A stretch of 64,000 nt of DNA from a virus, in IMG/VR virus record IMGVR_UViG_3300020048_000018, positions 114,054 to 178,053 of that record, one strand, 5' to 3'. A program made the position numbers and the translations under genes. How positions within the stretch are numbered: position 1 is the stretch's first letter; each line of letters begins with the position of its first letter. Of the stretch, positions 9,991 through 18,641 are shown in pieces. Under the pieces are notes generated by a model, which searched no databases, was not told the origin of the DNA, and saw nothing but the letters and a program-made list of their open reading frames with translations.

Positions 9991-10542
9991 ATGAAAAATG
10001 GACACAGCTACGATTCACCCTTTTCTTTCTTTGATGATGTAATGGATATTTTCAATTCATCAGTCGCAAGAACCCAACACACAGGTAACAATTCGTTCCC
10101 TCAACAAAGTCCAGATTGGGTTATCAAACAAGTATTTCCTATTGGAAATATTTTTGATACTGTAAGCAAGCTACCAAATTGTTTGGTTTCTTCTGCTTAC
10201 CCTCCCTCAAATGTTTTTATTGATAAGGATAAAAATTACCGAATTCAATGTGCTTGTGCAGGATATGATGAAAATTCGATTGGTCTTGATTTTGATAAAG
10301 ACCATTTGGTAATTACATTATTAGGGGATTCACCTTTTGAGGCTTCTGAAATAATGCTTCAATCTGGGGTAAAAAGTAAAACTAAGGATTACAAAGTAAA
10401 TTTCTTTATTGATACGAGAAATTTTGATGTAGAAAAACTAGAGTCTTCAATGGCTAATGGGCTTCTTGACATTAAGATTCCTGCGGTACCTACCAAGAAA
10501 TTCACCGTTGGTGTAGGAAAACCTCTCTCAAAAGCTGAGTAA
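9991..10542 (+). CDS. small heat-shock protein Hsp20
   Basis: YPPSNV, ACAGY, LESSMANGLLDIKIP alpha-crystallin motifs. Confidence 0.85.
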   Translation: MKNGHSYDSPFSFFDDVMDIFNSSVARTQHTGNNSFPQQSPDWVIKQVFPIGNIFDTVSKLPNCLVSSAYPPSNVFIDKDKNYRIQCACAGYDENSIGLDFDKDHLVITLLGDSPFEASEIMLQSGVKSKTKDYKVNFFIDTRNFDVEKLESSMANGLLDIKIPAVPTKKFTVGVGKPLSKAE

Positions 10543-10550
10543 TCAGGAAA

Positions 10551-10574
10551 GGGAACTACAGAAATGTGGTTCCC
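10551..10574 (+). terminator. GAAA-tetraloop hairpin after hsp20
   Basis: GGGAACTACA-GAAA-TGTGGTTCCC; weak U tract. Confidence 0.55.
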
Positions 10575-10646
10575 TATCATTTTAAAAGGTAACAACTAAT
10601 TACCTGAGCTTACCACAAAAAGCGAAAGCAGAGTAAAATCTGTAAT

Positions 10647-10669
10647 AGATTTCTCGTATGAGTAAATCT
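10647..10669 (+). ncRNA. C(GUAU)G leader hairpin, copy 2
   Basis: AGATTT-CTC GTAT GAG-T-AAATCT, downstream of ACTAATTA 10595-10602. Confidence 0.5.
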
Positions 10670-10716
10670 TAATGTGAGCAGAGATTAAGACCTAATCTCA
10701 AAAAGGAAAAAGAAAA

Positions 10717-11877
10717 ATGGTAGATTTTTCAAAATATGTAAAGATGTACGAGAGCTATAAAGATCGTAACGACTTAGGGACTGGCATTACTCGTTCTGAG
10801 ATTAAAGAACTTCGTGAGTCATATGCTACTGAGTCTAAGAAAGAACGTATCATGGAATCAAGACGTGGAACCGGTTATGCCAAGAGACTTGAGGAAAATG
10901 CTAAGGTAGATTCTGAACGCAAATCCCTTAAAGAAAAAGCTGATCTCAAAGATTCACGTATGGAAAGAATTAATGCTCTCCGTGAAGCTCGTGAGAACTC
11001 GGTTGTTGCTCCAGTAAAAGGTGTAGATAAAGTAGTTGCTACTCTTGATGAAAAGAAAGCCCAAGAAGCTCGTTCTGCAAGAATTCAATCAATCCGTGAA
11101 GCTCGTGTTGCAAAACCTGCAACCTCTTCTGTTGAAAAGAAACCTGTATCCAATGTAAATGAGAAAATCAATGAAGCTCGTTCTGCATACTTCAAAGCAA
11201 GAAAAGCTCTTCGTGAAGGTGACATGGGTATGGCAGGTGAACAAGCTGGAATCGCAACACAAGCTGTAGACGCTGTGAATGTAAACCAGACTGTAGTAAG
11301 CCCAGAAGTACTTGCAATTATCGAAGACCTTAAGAACAAAGTTGATAATCTTGCTACCACTGTAGGTATCGTACCTGCTGATACTGGCATGACCGCAGAA
11401 GCTGACCCGAACGCTGGAGTTCCTGCACAAGTAGGACAACCTCTTGACCAAGTTCAGGTTATGGAATCCGCTCAGTTGACTGCTGTAAAAGCAAGAATTG
11501 CTGAACGTAAAGCTATGATGGCTAAGACTTCTGCCGAAGTAGAAGCTCTTAATGAATCAGAAGCTGGACAAGCACAGATACTTGCAGTAATGAAAGCAAC
11601 AACCCCAAAGGATATGAGCTTGGCAACTGTTGACAAGAAAGAATCCGTTCTTCCTAAGATGCCCTCAGTAGCAGAAATCGTAAAAGGTACTGCAAAAGGT
11701 GTTGAAAGATGGCCCAACAAAGCAATTAAGAAAGACCCTTCTGCCGCTTTACTCGGAAAAGGTATCACGATTAATGAAGCTGAAAAACCATTAGACGAAC
11801 AAATGGTTGACAAAGTTCTGAATGAAGAAAAACTTAATTTCAGAGATATTTATAGAAATGGTGCTCTTACCAAATAA
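10717..11877 (+). CDS. probable prohead scaffold/core protein
   Basis: E/K/A/R-rich helical; more than 10 [LIVM]-x-E motifs (LRES, LREA, IREA, INEA, LNES, LNEE); MCP-like codon bias; strong terminator. Confidence 0.5.
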   Translation: MVDFSKYVKMYESYKDRNDLGTGITRSEIKELRESYATESKKERIMESRRGTGYAKRLEENAKVDSERKSLKEKADLKDSRMERINALREARENSVVAPVKGVDKVVATLDEKKAQEARSARIQSIREARVAKPATSSVEKKPVSNVNEKINEARSAYFKARKALREGDMGMAGEQAGIATQAVDAVNVNQTVVSPEVLAIIEDLKNKVDNLATTVGIVPADTGMTAEADPNAGVPAQVGQPLDQVQVMESAQLTAVKARIAERKAMMAKTSAEVEALNESEAGQAQILAVMKATTPKDMSLATVDKKESVLPKMPSVAEIVKGTAKGVERWPNKAIKKDPSAALLGKGITINEAEKPLDEQMVDKVLNEEKLNFRDIYRNGALTK

Positions 11878-11893
11878 GATGATGTAAAATTAT

Positions 11894-11924
11894 AGGGGTC
11901 TCTATTTTTGGAGACCCCTTTTTT
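11894..11924 (+). terminator. intrinsic terminator
   Basis: AGGGGTCTC/GAGACCCCT plus T tract. Confidence 0.85.
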
Positions 11925-11925
11925 A

Positions 11926-11934
11926 TGTTAATAT
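11926..11934 (+). promoter_or_regulatory. TGTTAATAT promoter (leaderless candidate)
   Basis: 7 nt before ATG 11942; no SD. Confidence 0.55.
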
Positions 11935-11941
11935 AATTGAT

Positions 11942-12691
11942 ATGAATATTAAAAATAAGTTTGGTTTTACTTCTTTCTCTATGGTAGATTCACCTAATGG
12001 TACAATTTCTTCTGTTATATATACACTAGGTTGTACAATGAGATGCAATTATTGTTACAATAATACTTTGGTTTTGCCAGAGCTTTTTTCCTCAAATGAC
12101 CCTCTATATTCAAAAGAAGAAATAAAGAGTTTAATACTTTCTAAAAGAACCTTAAACACTAAAAATAATACTTTTTTTAATAAATCAGATTATATTGTCC
12201 TTTCTGGTGGAGAACCTTTAATGCATTATGATGATGTAGTAGACTTCGCCATTTATGCAAAGTCTTTGGGATTTAAGGTTAAATTAAATACTAATTCATC
12301 TATTGATGTAACAAGACTTTTAGAAACAAAGTCGGTTGACTATGTTTCAATAGATTTTAAATTCCCCTTTCAGGATTACAATAATGAAAGTGTCCAACAA
12401 AATTTTAAGTATATACAACAGTCAAAAACTAAAAAACTTATTAATGAATTCGAAATTCATACTGTTATATTAAAAGGTTTTATTGATAAAGAAACCATTA
12501 TTAAAATGGCTGAGGAACTCAATACCTTAAGTATTTCTGCTTCTTGGTATCTGGTAGGTTACAAACATATGGACACGGTTCTTGATAAAACACTTTCCCC
12601 CAATAACCGATTTTTTGAGCCTGAAGCAAAAGAACTTTACCAAACTGCTCTTATGCATTATAATGGAAAAGTAATTCTTTCGGGATACTAA
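11942..12691 (+). CDS. radical SAM activase, anaerobic RNR-activating (NrdG-like)
   Basis: GCTMRCNYCYN, VLSGGEPL, KLNTN, YVSIDFK. Confidence 0.75.
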   Translation: MNIKNKFGFTSFSMVDSPNGTISSVIYTLGCTMRCNYCYNNTLVLPELFSSNDPLYSKEEIKSLILSKRTLNTKNNTFFNKSDYIVLSGGEPLMHYDDVVDFAIYAKSLGFKVKLNTNSSIDVTRLLETKSVDYVSIDFKFPFQDYNNESVQQNFKYIQQSKTKKLINEFEIHTVILKGFIDKETIIKMAEELNTLSISASWYLVGYKHMDTVLDKTLSPNNRFFEPEAKELYQTALMHYNGKVILSGY

Positions 12692-12710
12692 AACCCTTTG
12701 GAGGTTTATA

Positions 12711-13250
12711 ATGAGTAGATCACTTAAGAAAGTTGCTTCGGGCAATCGTCATGCAAGTGATAAATATACAAAACAAAAAGCCTCCCGAAAAGTAAGACGA
12801 AAAAATAATATCTGTTTAAATTCATTTGAATCCAGTAACGATGAAGACTTAATAGCCTTACGGGACTCTAAGGAACTTTGTTCTGTAGCATGGAGTGGAG
12901 AAAAAGAATCTTGCCATGGGGTATATACCGAGAAAGAATCTAGGAAATATATCTTAAAAGAAATTGAATATGCTAAGAGAGAAATCTCTATGGGCAGATG
13001 GGAAAAGATTCGTAAATATGTCCTTAATGTTGACGCAGAGGATTATTGGGATGGTCACTATTTACATTCTTGGAGACAATTACCTAAGAGACCTTGGGAC
13101 ACTATTAAAAAAAATATTTTCTATAATTGGAACAACAAACTCTTAGTAGTCTTAAAGATTAAAGTTCCAAGTGACCTCTGGAAAATAACTGATAAAGACA
13201 TAGAAAAAGCTGTTAAATTAACTCACAAATTTGAGTATTTAATGAAATAG
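12711..13250 (+). CDS. basic hypothetical protein
   Basis: SD GGAGG; K/R-rich N-terminus. Confidence 0.6.
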   Translation: MSRSLKKVASGNRHASDKYTKQKASRKVRRKNNICLNSFESSNDEDLIALRDSKELCSVAWSGEKESCHGVYTEKESRKYILKEIEYAKREISMGRWEKIRKYVLNVDAEDYWDGHYLHSWRQLPKRPWDTIKKNIFYNWNNKLLVVLKIKVPSDLWKITDKDIEKAVKLTHKFEYLMK

Positions 13251-13263
13251 TTTCAAGAGTTTA

Positions 13264-13272
13264 TGTTAATAT
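13264..13272 (+). promoter_or_regulatory. TGTTAATAT promoter
   Basis: Intergenic, upstream of dUTPase. Confidence 0.5.
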
Positions 13273-13302
13273 ATCCTTATCACGTTTAAGGATGTATTAA
13301 GT

Positions 13303-13926
13303 ATGAGTTCACTTGAGTTATTGAAAATTAGAAATGTAAAAAGTCCAAATAGGGGAACCTCTCATTCAGCAGGAATAGATTTTTATATGCCCGAGTTTGA
13401 TGAGGATTTCCTTATGGAAATGTTTATGAAAAATAAAAAAGTTTTTTATTTTATGGCATTAAACTCTTTATCAATCAAAGATTTTGAGACTTTTGTAGAA
13501 AGTGTTAGTTTGGATATAACTAAAGATGTTTTGATTGGAATAAAACTATTATGCAAACAAGATAATACTGAGTTTTATTTTGAGTTACCTGCTCTCAAGG
13601 ATTTCTTAATTCCTTCTGGAATTAAAACTAAGTTTCTCAATGGTGTCTTTATTGCCTTTAATAAAGGTGGAGTTGCCACAAAACAGAAGCTTACCGTTGG
13701 AGCCTGTGTTGATGATGAAGATTTTATGGGAGAACTCTTTATTCATGTCGTGAATAGCTCTGATGAACCTCAGAGAATTACCCTTGGAAATAAACTTGTA
13801 CAGTTCTTGTATATGCCAATAAACTATGATATTCCTGTAATCAAAGAAAATATTACCTCAGAGGAATTTTATGTAAAAGTAACAGACCGTGGAGAAGGTT
13901 GCTTAGGTTCCACCAGTATTAAATAG
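13303..13926 (+). CDS. dut: trimeric dUTPase with insertion
   Basis: SAGIDFY, IPSGIK, VDDEDFMGE, LVQFL, RGEGCLGST. Confidence 0.85.
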   Translation: MSSLELLKIRNVKSPNRGTSHSAGIDFYMPEFDEDFLMEMFMKNKKVFYFMALNSLSIKDFETFVESVSLDITKDVLIGIKLLCKQDNTEFYFELPALKDFLIPSGIKTKFLNGVFIAFNKGGVATKQKLTVGACVDDEDFMGELFIHVVNSSDEPQRITLGNKLVQFLYMPINYDIPVIKENITSEEFYVKVTDRGEGCLGSTSIK

Positions 13927-13933
13927 GTCTAAA

Positions 13934-13966
13934 ATTAAAGTCTGAGATTATTCCTCAGACTTTAAT
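13934..13966 (+). terminator. 13-bp hairpin terminator
   Basis: ATTAAAGTCTGAG/CTCAGACTTTAAT. Confidence 0.7.
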
Positions 13967-13971
13967 ATTTA

Positions 13972-14007
13972 AAAAGTTTTGAACTTTTCCAGAAATTTCT
14001 ATATATT
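13972..14007 (+). promoter_or_regulatory. sigma70-type early promoter with palindromic -35
   Basis: TTGAAC(13979)-N17-TATATT(14002); AAAAGTT-TTG-AACTTTT. Confidence 0.8.
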
Positions 14008-14081
14008 ATACAAGAAGATAATTTCGGATAATATCCTTTCCGTTAATAACTAAAGTCTTCTAAATTAAAGGATTTACTTTC

Positions 14082-14804
14082 ATGAATTTTACAAAAGTAC
14101 TGCTTTTAGCAGTAGGTTTATTTTTATTTTGTTCTACAATAACCTTAAATCTTATTATGTTTTCCAAAACAATTTCACCTATCAAACTAATAAGTGATTT
14201 AGGAGAACCTCAAAAAGCTTCCATGGAGGTATCCCCTTTTATTGGTCTAATTCCTGAGGTTGATGAGGTATATTCACCTTCCTTTGATGACATATACTTG
14301 TATATAAACTCAATTAGTAAAAAAAATCCTTCTAAGAATCAGCTCTCAAGAAAACAAATTTCGGATATAATACACTCTGTTGAGAAATATTGTGTTAAGT
14401 ATGGAATTAATAAACTAACTATTTTTTCAATGATTAAAGTAGAATCAAATTATATCCTCACTATCCCTTCTTGGAAGGGTTCTGAATATGGTAGAGGATT
14501 ACTTCAAGTAAGTAAAATAGCATTATTAGATTTTAATAACTGGACAGGTAATGAATACACCTCAGAAGATTTATATACTATAGAAAAAAATATTGAAGTA
14601 GGAATTTGGGCTTTTAATCAAAATTATCACTATGGTGTTGAAAATGGTTTTGAGGAAGGGGCTATAGTTGCCTATAATGTCGGGGTAGGTGATTATAAGA
14701 GACATAAAAAAGATTTATTATCAAATCAAATGTTTAAGGGTTTAACTTATGAATATTCAAGTAAAGTTCAGACTCAATATCAAATATTAATTTCATCCAA
14801 CTAA
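14082..14804 (+). CDS. membrane-anchored lytic transglycosylase (SLT domain)
   Basis: N-terminal TM; MIKVESNY catalytic Glu, GRGLLQV, NIEVG, AYNVG. Confidence 0.85.
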   Translation: MNFTKVLLLAVGLFLFCSTITLNLIMFSKTISPIKLISDLGEPQKASMEVSPFIGLIPEVDEVYSPSFDDIYLYINSISKKNPSKNQLSRKQISDIIHSVEKYCVKYGINKLTIFSMIKVESNYILTIPSWKGSEYGRGLLQVSKIALLDFNNWTGNEYTSEDLYTIEKNIEVGIWAFNQNYHYGVENGFEEGAIVAYNVGVGDYKRHKKDLLSNQMFKGLTYEYSSKVQTQYQILISSN

Positions 14805-14814
14805 GGGGTTACAA

Positions 14815-15135
14815 ATGGAAAACTTCACGAATCTTTGGTCTTATCAAAATGAACAGATAATAAAATTTCAGGGTTCAATAATTTCTCTCTCAAACTTTTC
14901 AGCTATACGTCCCATAATAATAAAAAATATGGGGTATGAGGTTCCTGCAATTAAGTTTTTTGGTAAGAAAGGTATAGAGTCTCAAGTATTTAGCTATGTT
15001 GACTTCCCTGATTTTACGGGATATTCCAAGGAAGCTTTGGACAAGTCGGTGGAAAAACTGATATCAGAAGCAAATACTCAATGTGATTCAGACATCGAAT
15101 GGCTTTGGGATAATTGCTTTAAGGGGGCTAAATGA
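14815..15135 (+). CDS. hypothetical protein
   Basis: SD AAGGGG; overlaps next gene by ATGA. Confidence 0.6.
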   Translation: MENFTNLWSYQNEQIIKFQGSIISLSNFSAIRPIIIKNMGYEVPAIKFFGKKGIESQVFSYVDFPDFTGYSKEALDKSVEKLISEANTQCDSDIEWLWDNCFKGAK

Positions 15136-16325
15136 ACTCAAAAGTAACACAAAAAGACTTAGAGGCTATCTTAGCAGGTCAATCACCTTTCTTGAAAAAT
15201 AAACCTCCTATTCCTCTTTCAGATGAAGAACTTCTGGCATTGGTAGATACAGATGAAAGTAGGGAGAAGACAAGGAATGCTAAAATTATAACCGAAGATT
15301 TTGTTCCTCCCCCACACAAGAGTACTACAGAGGTTCTCTCACAGGCTGAAGTTGATCAGCTTCTTGATGCCATCTCCTGTAGGGATGATGAATCAGATAA
15401 CCTCAGAAGTGAAAAAGAAAATAAGAAACTTCGTGTTAAAATTGTAGACTTTGGTAATTACTTGAGATACACTCAAAAAAATATGAGAAACTTATCCTCC
15501 CTTCATGACGATCTTGTTAGTCATGAAATGTATGCTTCCTTAAAAGAACTTTATGGTTTTGATAATAATTCTCATATGCACCTTGTCAGTGTTGATCAGA
15601 TGAGATTTTCAAACTTCCTTACCAGTCTTCCTTCCCCTTTCTTCATGGGAGTTGTTAAGTTTAATAAGTTTTCAAACCCTCTTATTATTGAAGCTGACTC
15701 AAATATAATCCTTCCCTTAATGAAAAAAGAAATCGTTAGTGTGATGTATCCTACTCTTTTTGAGAAAGATGAACAGAACTTTTTCTCAAAGGGGATTTTG
15801 TTAAGAGTAATAGACTCTCTTATTTCTCAAAATAATAAAGTGTTTAAGTCCCCACCTAAGAGTGTGGAGATTATTGATAATTTTTCCAGTTTTAATACAG
15901 ACCTTTTTAAGAAAACAGGGGTTTTACTTACCATTGAACTAGAAAGCCCTACTGACAAGGTAAGCGGTATGATAAATATCTGGTACTTTGAGGAATTTGT
16001 AAATGAGTTTATTAAAGCTTATGAGTCAAAAGAAATAAAAACTATTGGAGATACTGAAATGGAAATAACGTATAATAAACCTTTTGATGAGAAAGGGATT
16101 AAACTTGAAGTTCTTGCAGAACTTGGTAGATCCAAGCTAACTTTGGATGAACTTAGGGCTGTCGGAGAAGGGTCTATAATTAAACTAAATACTGTCATGG
16201 GAGAAGTAATAAAACTTACAATTGATGGAAAGCTCTTCGCTAAAGGTGAAGTTGTTGCAATAGGTGAAAATGAAAACTTTGGTATCAGAGTAATTGAATG
16301 TATTACTAACGGTGAAACTAACTAA
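15132..16325 (+). CDS. FliM-FliN-like flagellar motor switch chimera
   Basis: TEVLSQAEVDQLLDAIS; FliM-middle-like KIVDF..MRNLSSLHD..HLVSVDQMRFSNFLTSLPSP..IIEAD; FliN-like ELGRSKL..GEGSIIKL..FAKGEVVAIGENENFGIRV. Confidence 0.8.
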   Translation: MNSKVTQKDLEAILAGQSPFLKNKPPIPLSDEELLALVDTDESREKTRNAKIITEDFVPPPHKSTTEVLSQAEVDQLLDAISCRDDESDNLRSEKENKKLRVKIVDFGNYLRYTQKNMRNLSSLHDDLVSHEMYASLKELYGFDNNSHMHLVSVDQMRFSNFLTSLPSPFFMGVVKFNKFSNPLIIEADSNIILPLMKKEIVSVMYPTLFEKDEQNFFSKGILLRVIDSLISQNNKVFKSPPKSVEIIDNFSSFNTDLFKKTGVLLTIELESPTDKVSGMINIWYFEEFVNEFIKAYESKEIKTIGDTEMEITYNKPFDEKGIKLEVLAELGRSKLTLDELRAVGEGSIIKLNTVMGEVIKLTIDGKLFAKGEVVAIGENENFGIRVIECITNGETN

Positions 16326-16328
16326 TTA
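16321..16328 (+). promoter_or_regulatory. ACTAATTA late-type promoter
   Basis: Upstream of acidic-protein operon. Confidence 0.4.
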
Positions 16329-16349
16329 TATAATTAGGCAGGTTTCAAG

Positions 16350-16769
16350 ATGGGAAAGAATTTAGATATTGAAAAAGATTTTGGTATTGATATAGATGGT
16401 GTATATGATTTTTTTGATGACTTAATTGAAATAGAAATTGATTATTCAGGTAAACTTCCTTCCTTAAGCGACCTTCTTACAGCAGGTAAGAGAAATTGGA
16501 AGGATATACCCGTTGAAGCTTTTGAGCATTATGCTAAAACTTCACTTAAAGTTATGTCTGAAAAGCCCTCTACAAAACTTACTGAGTCAATATCTCCCTT
16601 AAAGAAAAAGACCTTTGATGAAAGCTCTATTAGAAGTGACGCAGAACAAATTATAAAATTAAGTGAAGCTTCCCTAAAAATCAGACCTAGTGCAAGTATT
16701 GCATTAAGGTCTGAATCCGTTTATTATTGTAAAATTAATGGTGTTAAAACTGCCATTATTAAAGATTAA
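16350..16769 (+). CDS. hypothetical, possible internal head protein
   Basis: KLTES motif; late motif upstream. Confidence 0.5.
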   Translation: MGKNLDIEKDFGIDIDGVYDFFDDLIEIEIDYSGKLPSLSDLLTAGKRNWKDIPVEAFEHYAKTSLKVMSEKPSTKLTESISPLKKKTFDESSIRSDAEQIIKLSEASLKIRPSASIALRSESVYYCKINGVKTAIIKD

Positions 16770-16791
16770 ATCTCTAAAGAAGGACATAAAA

Positions 16792-17565
16792 ATGAAGGTA
16801 CAATTACAAGAAGGAAAGTTGGTTAGATGCAGTAAGGGTCATAAATACCTTACGGAAAAAGGTGATTTCGTAGAGGTTAAATCTATCGAGAATAAAAACT
16901 CTAAGCTTAAAGAAAGCTATGATGACTATATCAGTGATAAAGTGTTACCTATGATAAAGGGTATCATGGAAGAGTTTAAAGATGGAATAATGTCAAAGTA
17001 TGAGTGCTATAATTATGATGGTGAACAAGTTGAAACCACTGATGGCAGGTCATATGATGGTTTCATGAGTTCTACAGAAGGAACTGTAACATTCTGTGGA
17101 TTTACTCTCCTTGACTATCTTGAAGGTTCTGGATCTTTCCCTTCTAACGAAAAAATTAATAAAGTTATTCAAGAGAAACTTGAATACTTACATAAATCTG
17201 CAAAAGAGGATTTTATCAGTGAGAATAAAGAAGAAATAGAATCTTTAGGTCTTGAGGATTCCCAAGTAAATTATCGTGACCTTGAAGAATTAGGTCATAG
17301 AGAGCTGGCTGAAAATCTTGATGAATATGAGAGAGGTTATATCAGTGAACAACTTTCTTTTGATGTTCATGTTTATTTTAGACAAGACCGACATGATGAA
17401 AACAGCTATAATTTTTACACCTTCTCCGAATTAATTTTTGGTGATTATGGTAGATATGGTAGTGGAACACAGGCATTTGAGGGTGAGTTCGACTTTAAGA
17501 AAGGTGAAGATATTTCTACTAAAGCAAGAGAACTAATCGAACAAGCTTTTAGTAGTTTGGAATAA
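16792..17565 (+). CDS. acidic protein with N-terminal intein-block-B-like segment
   Basis: SD AAGGA; KLVRCSKGHKYLTEKGDFVEVKSI then KLKES and acidic body. Confidence 0.55.
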   Translation: MKVQLQEGKLVRCSKGHKYLTEKGDFVEVKSIENKNSKLKESYDDYISDKVLPMIKGIMEEFKDGIMSKYECYNYDGEQVETTDGRSYDGFMSSTEGTVTFCGFTLLDYLEGSGSFPSNEKINKVIQEKLEYLHKSAKEDFISENKEEIESLGLEDSQVNYRDLEELGHRELAENLDEYERGYISEQLSFDVHVYFRQDRHDENSYNFYTFSELIFGDYGRYGSGTQAFEGEFDFKKGEDISTKARELIEQAFSSLE

Positions 17566-17577
17566 GGGGATATTAGC

Positions 17578-18528
17578 ATGAAGTTTATAAAGAAAGCAGG
17601 AAAGCTCAATGAAGCTTTTGAGGATGACCAATCAATTGAAGATGCATATAAGGATGAGTTTGAGGAAGGTGATGGCACCAATGTAGAGGAATCACATTGG
17701 GATGATGATGACCAACATATAGAAGACCATGATGATGATGATGATGATGATGAAAAGTCAACCAAGATTAAAGCCTTAATGAAGTTTCTTGATATCTCAG
17801 GAGAAGAATATGATTCTGTAGAACAATCTTCCTACAATGATAACCTTTTCACCTATGGTAGAACTGAGTTTCTTGTATGCACTGACTCTGAGGCAGATGA
17901 TGAGTTTCGTGAAAACCAAGAGTCTCTTTGGGATGATATGGGAATAGACTCCTATAGTGAATATATGCAGAATTGGATTTTAGATTTTGCAGTAGATGAA
18001 GAATCTTTCTGGAGTGATCATAGTTCAGATAATGAAGAAGCTATAAGGGAAAGTCCAGATAGCTATTCTCAATATTTTGATATTGAAAAAATGAAAGAAG
18101 ACATTATTCTTGATTTGGATGACAAAGGCTCTGACTCTAAGTATAAGGGGTCTGCTTACCTTTCAACCGACCGAGATGATTTTGATGATGAAGAGTCTTT
18201 CAAAAGTGCTATTGGTGAAGAAGTTGATGGTTTGGATGATGATGATATTCTTTCAATAATTAAAGAGGATGATGACATTGATAATTATGCCTCTGAAGCT
18301 AATGAAAAGTATATGCGTGATCAGGGAACCCCTGCTCAGTATCTTAGGAGTTTAGGTTATGATGGTAAACAACTTGGTTCACAACTAAGTCCTTATCTTA
18401 AAATGGAAGAAATCTTCGAAGAAGTAAAATCTGCTGACGGAAGAGGACACGCACTTGCAGGCTATGATGGTCATGAAAATGAAGTATCTTTTGAGGATGA
18501 AACCTACTATATTTACAGAATAAACTAA
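17578..18528 (+). CDS. highly acidic protein, possible internal head protein
   Basis: KLNE near N-terminus; D/E very abundant, with Asp run. Confidence 0.6.
   Translation: MKFIKKAGKLNEAFEDDQSIEDAYKDEFEEGDGTNVEESHWDDDDQHIEDHDDDDDDDEKSTKIKALMKFLDISGEEYDSVEQSSYNDNLFTYGRTEFLVCTDSEADDEFRENQESLWDDMGIDSYSEYMQNWILDFAVDEESFWSDHSSDNEEAIRESPDSYSQYFDIEKMKEDIILDLDDKGSDSKYKGSAYLSTDRDDFDDEESFKSAIGEEVDGLDDDDILSIIKEDDDIDNYASEANEKYMRDQGTPAQYLRSLGYDGKQLGSQLSPYLKMEEIFEEVKSADGRGHALAGYDGHENEVSFEDETYYIYRIN
17731..17751 (+). repeat. (GAT)7 poly-Asp microsatellite
   Basis: Seven GAT units, in frame. Confidence 0.8.
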
Positions 18529-18533
18529 TAAAA

Positions 18534-18560
18534 AGGTGATTAATTTCAAGATAATCACCT
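18534..18560 (+). terminator. hairpin terminator
   Basis: AGGTGATTA/TAATCACCT. Confidence 0.6.
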
Positions 18561-18596
18561 AAAAGTTTTGAACTTTTTAGATAACTCCTATATATT
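18561..18596 (+). promoter_or_regulatory. sigma70-type early promoter with palindromic -35
   Basis: TTGAAC(18568)-N17-TATATT(18591). Confidence 0.8.
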
Positions 18597-18641
18597 ATAT
18601 ATAGGATGTTATAACCTAAATAGAGGAAAGGTGGTAAGAAT

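Noticed and set aside
11085-11813. Antisense ORFs inside the scaffold gene
   Set aside because: Shadow frames of a codon-biased gene; no SD or motifs
17731-17751. (GAT)7 as a phase-variation tract
   Set aside because: Triplet unit keeps frame; explained by poly-Asp
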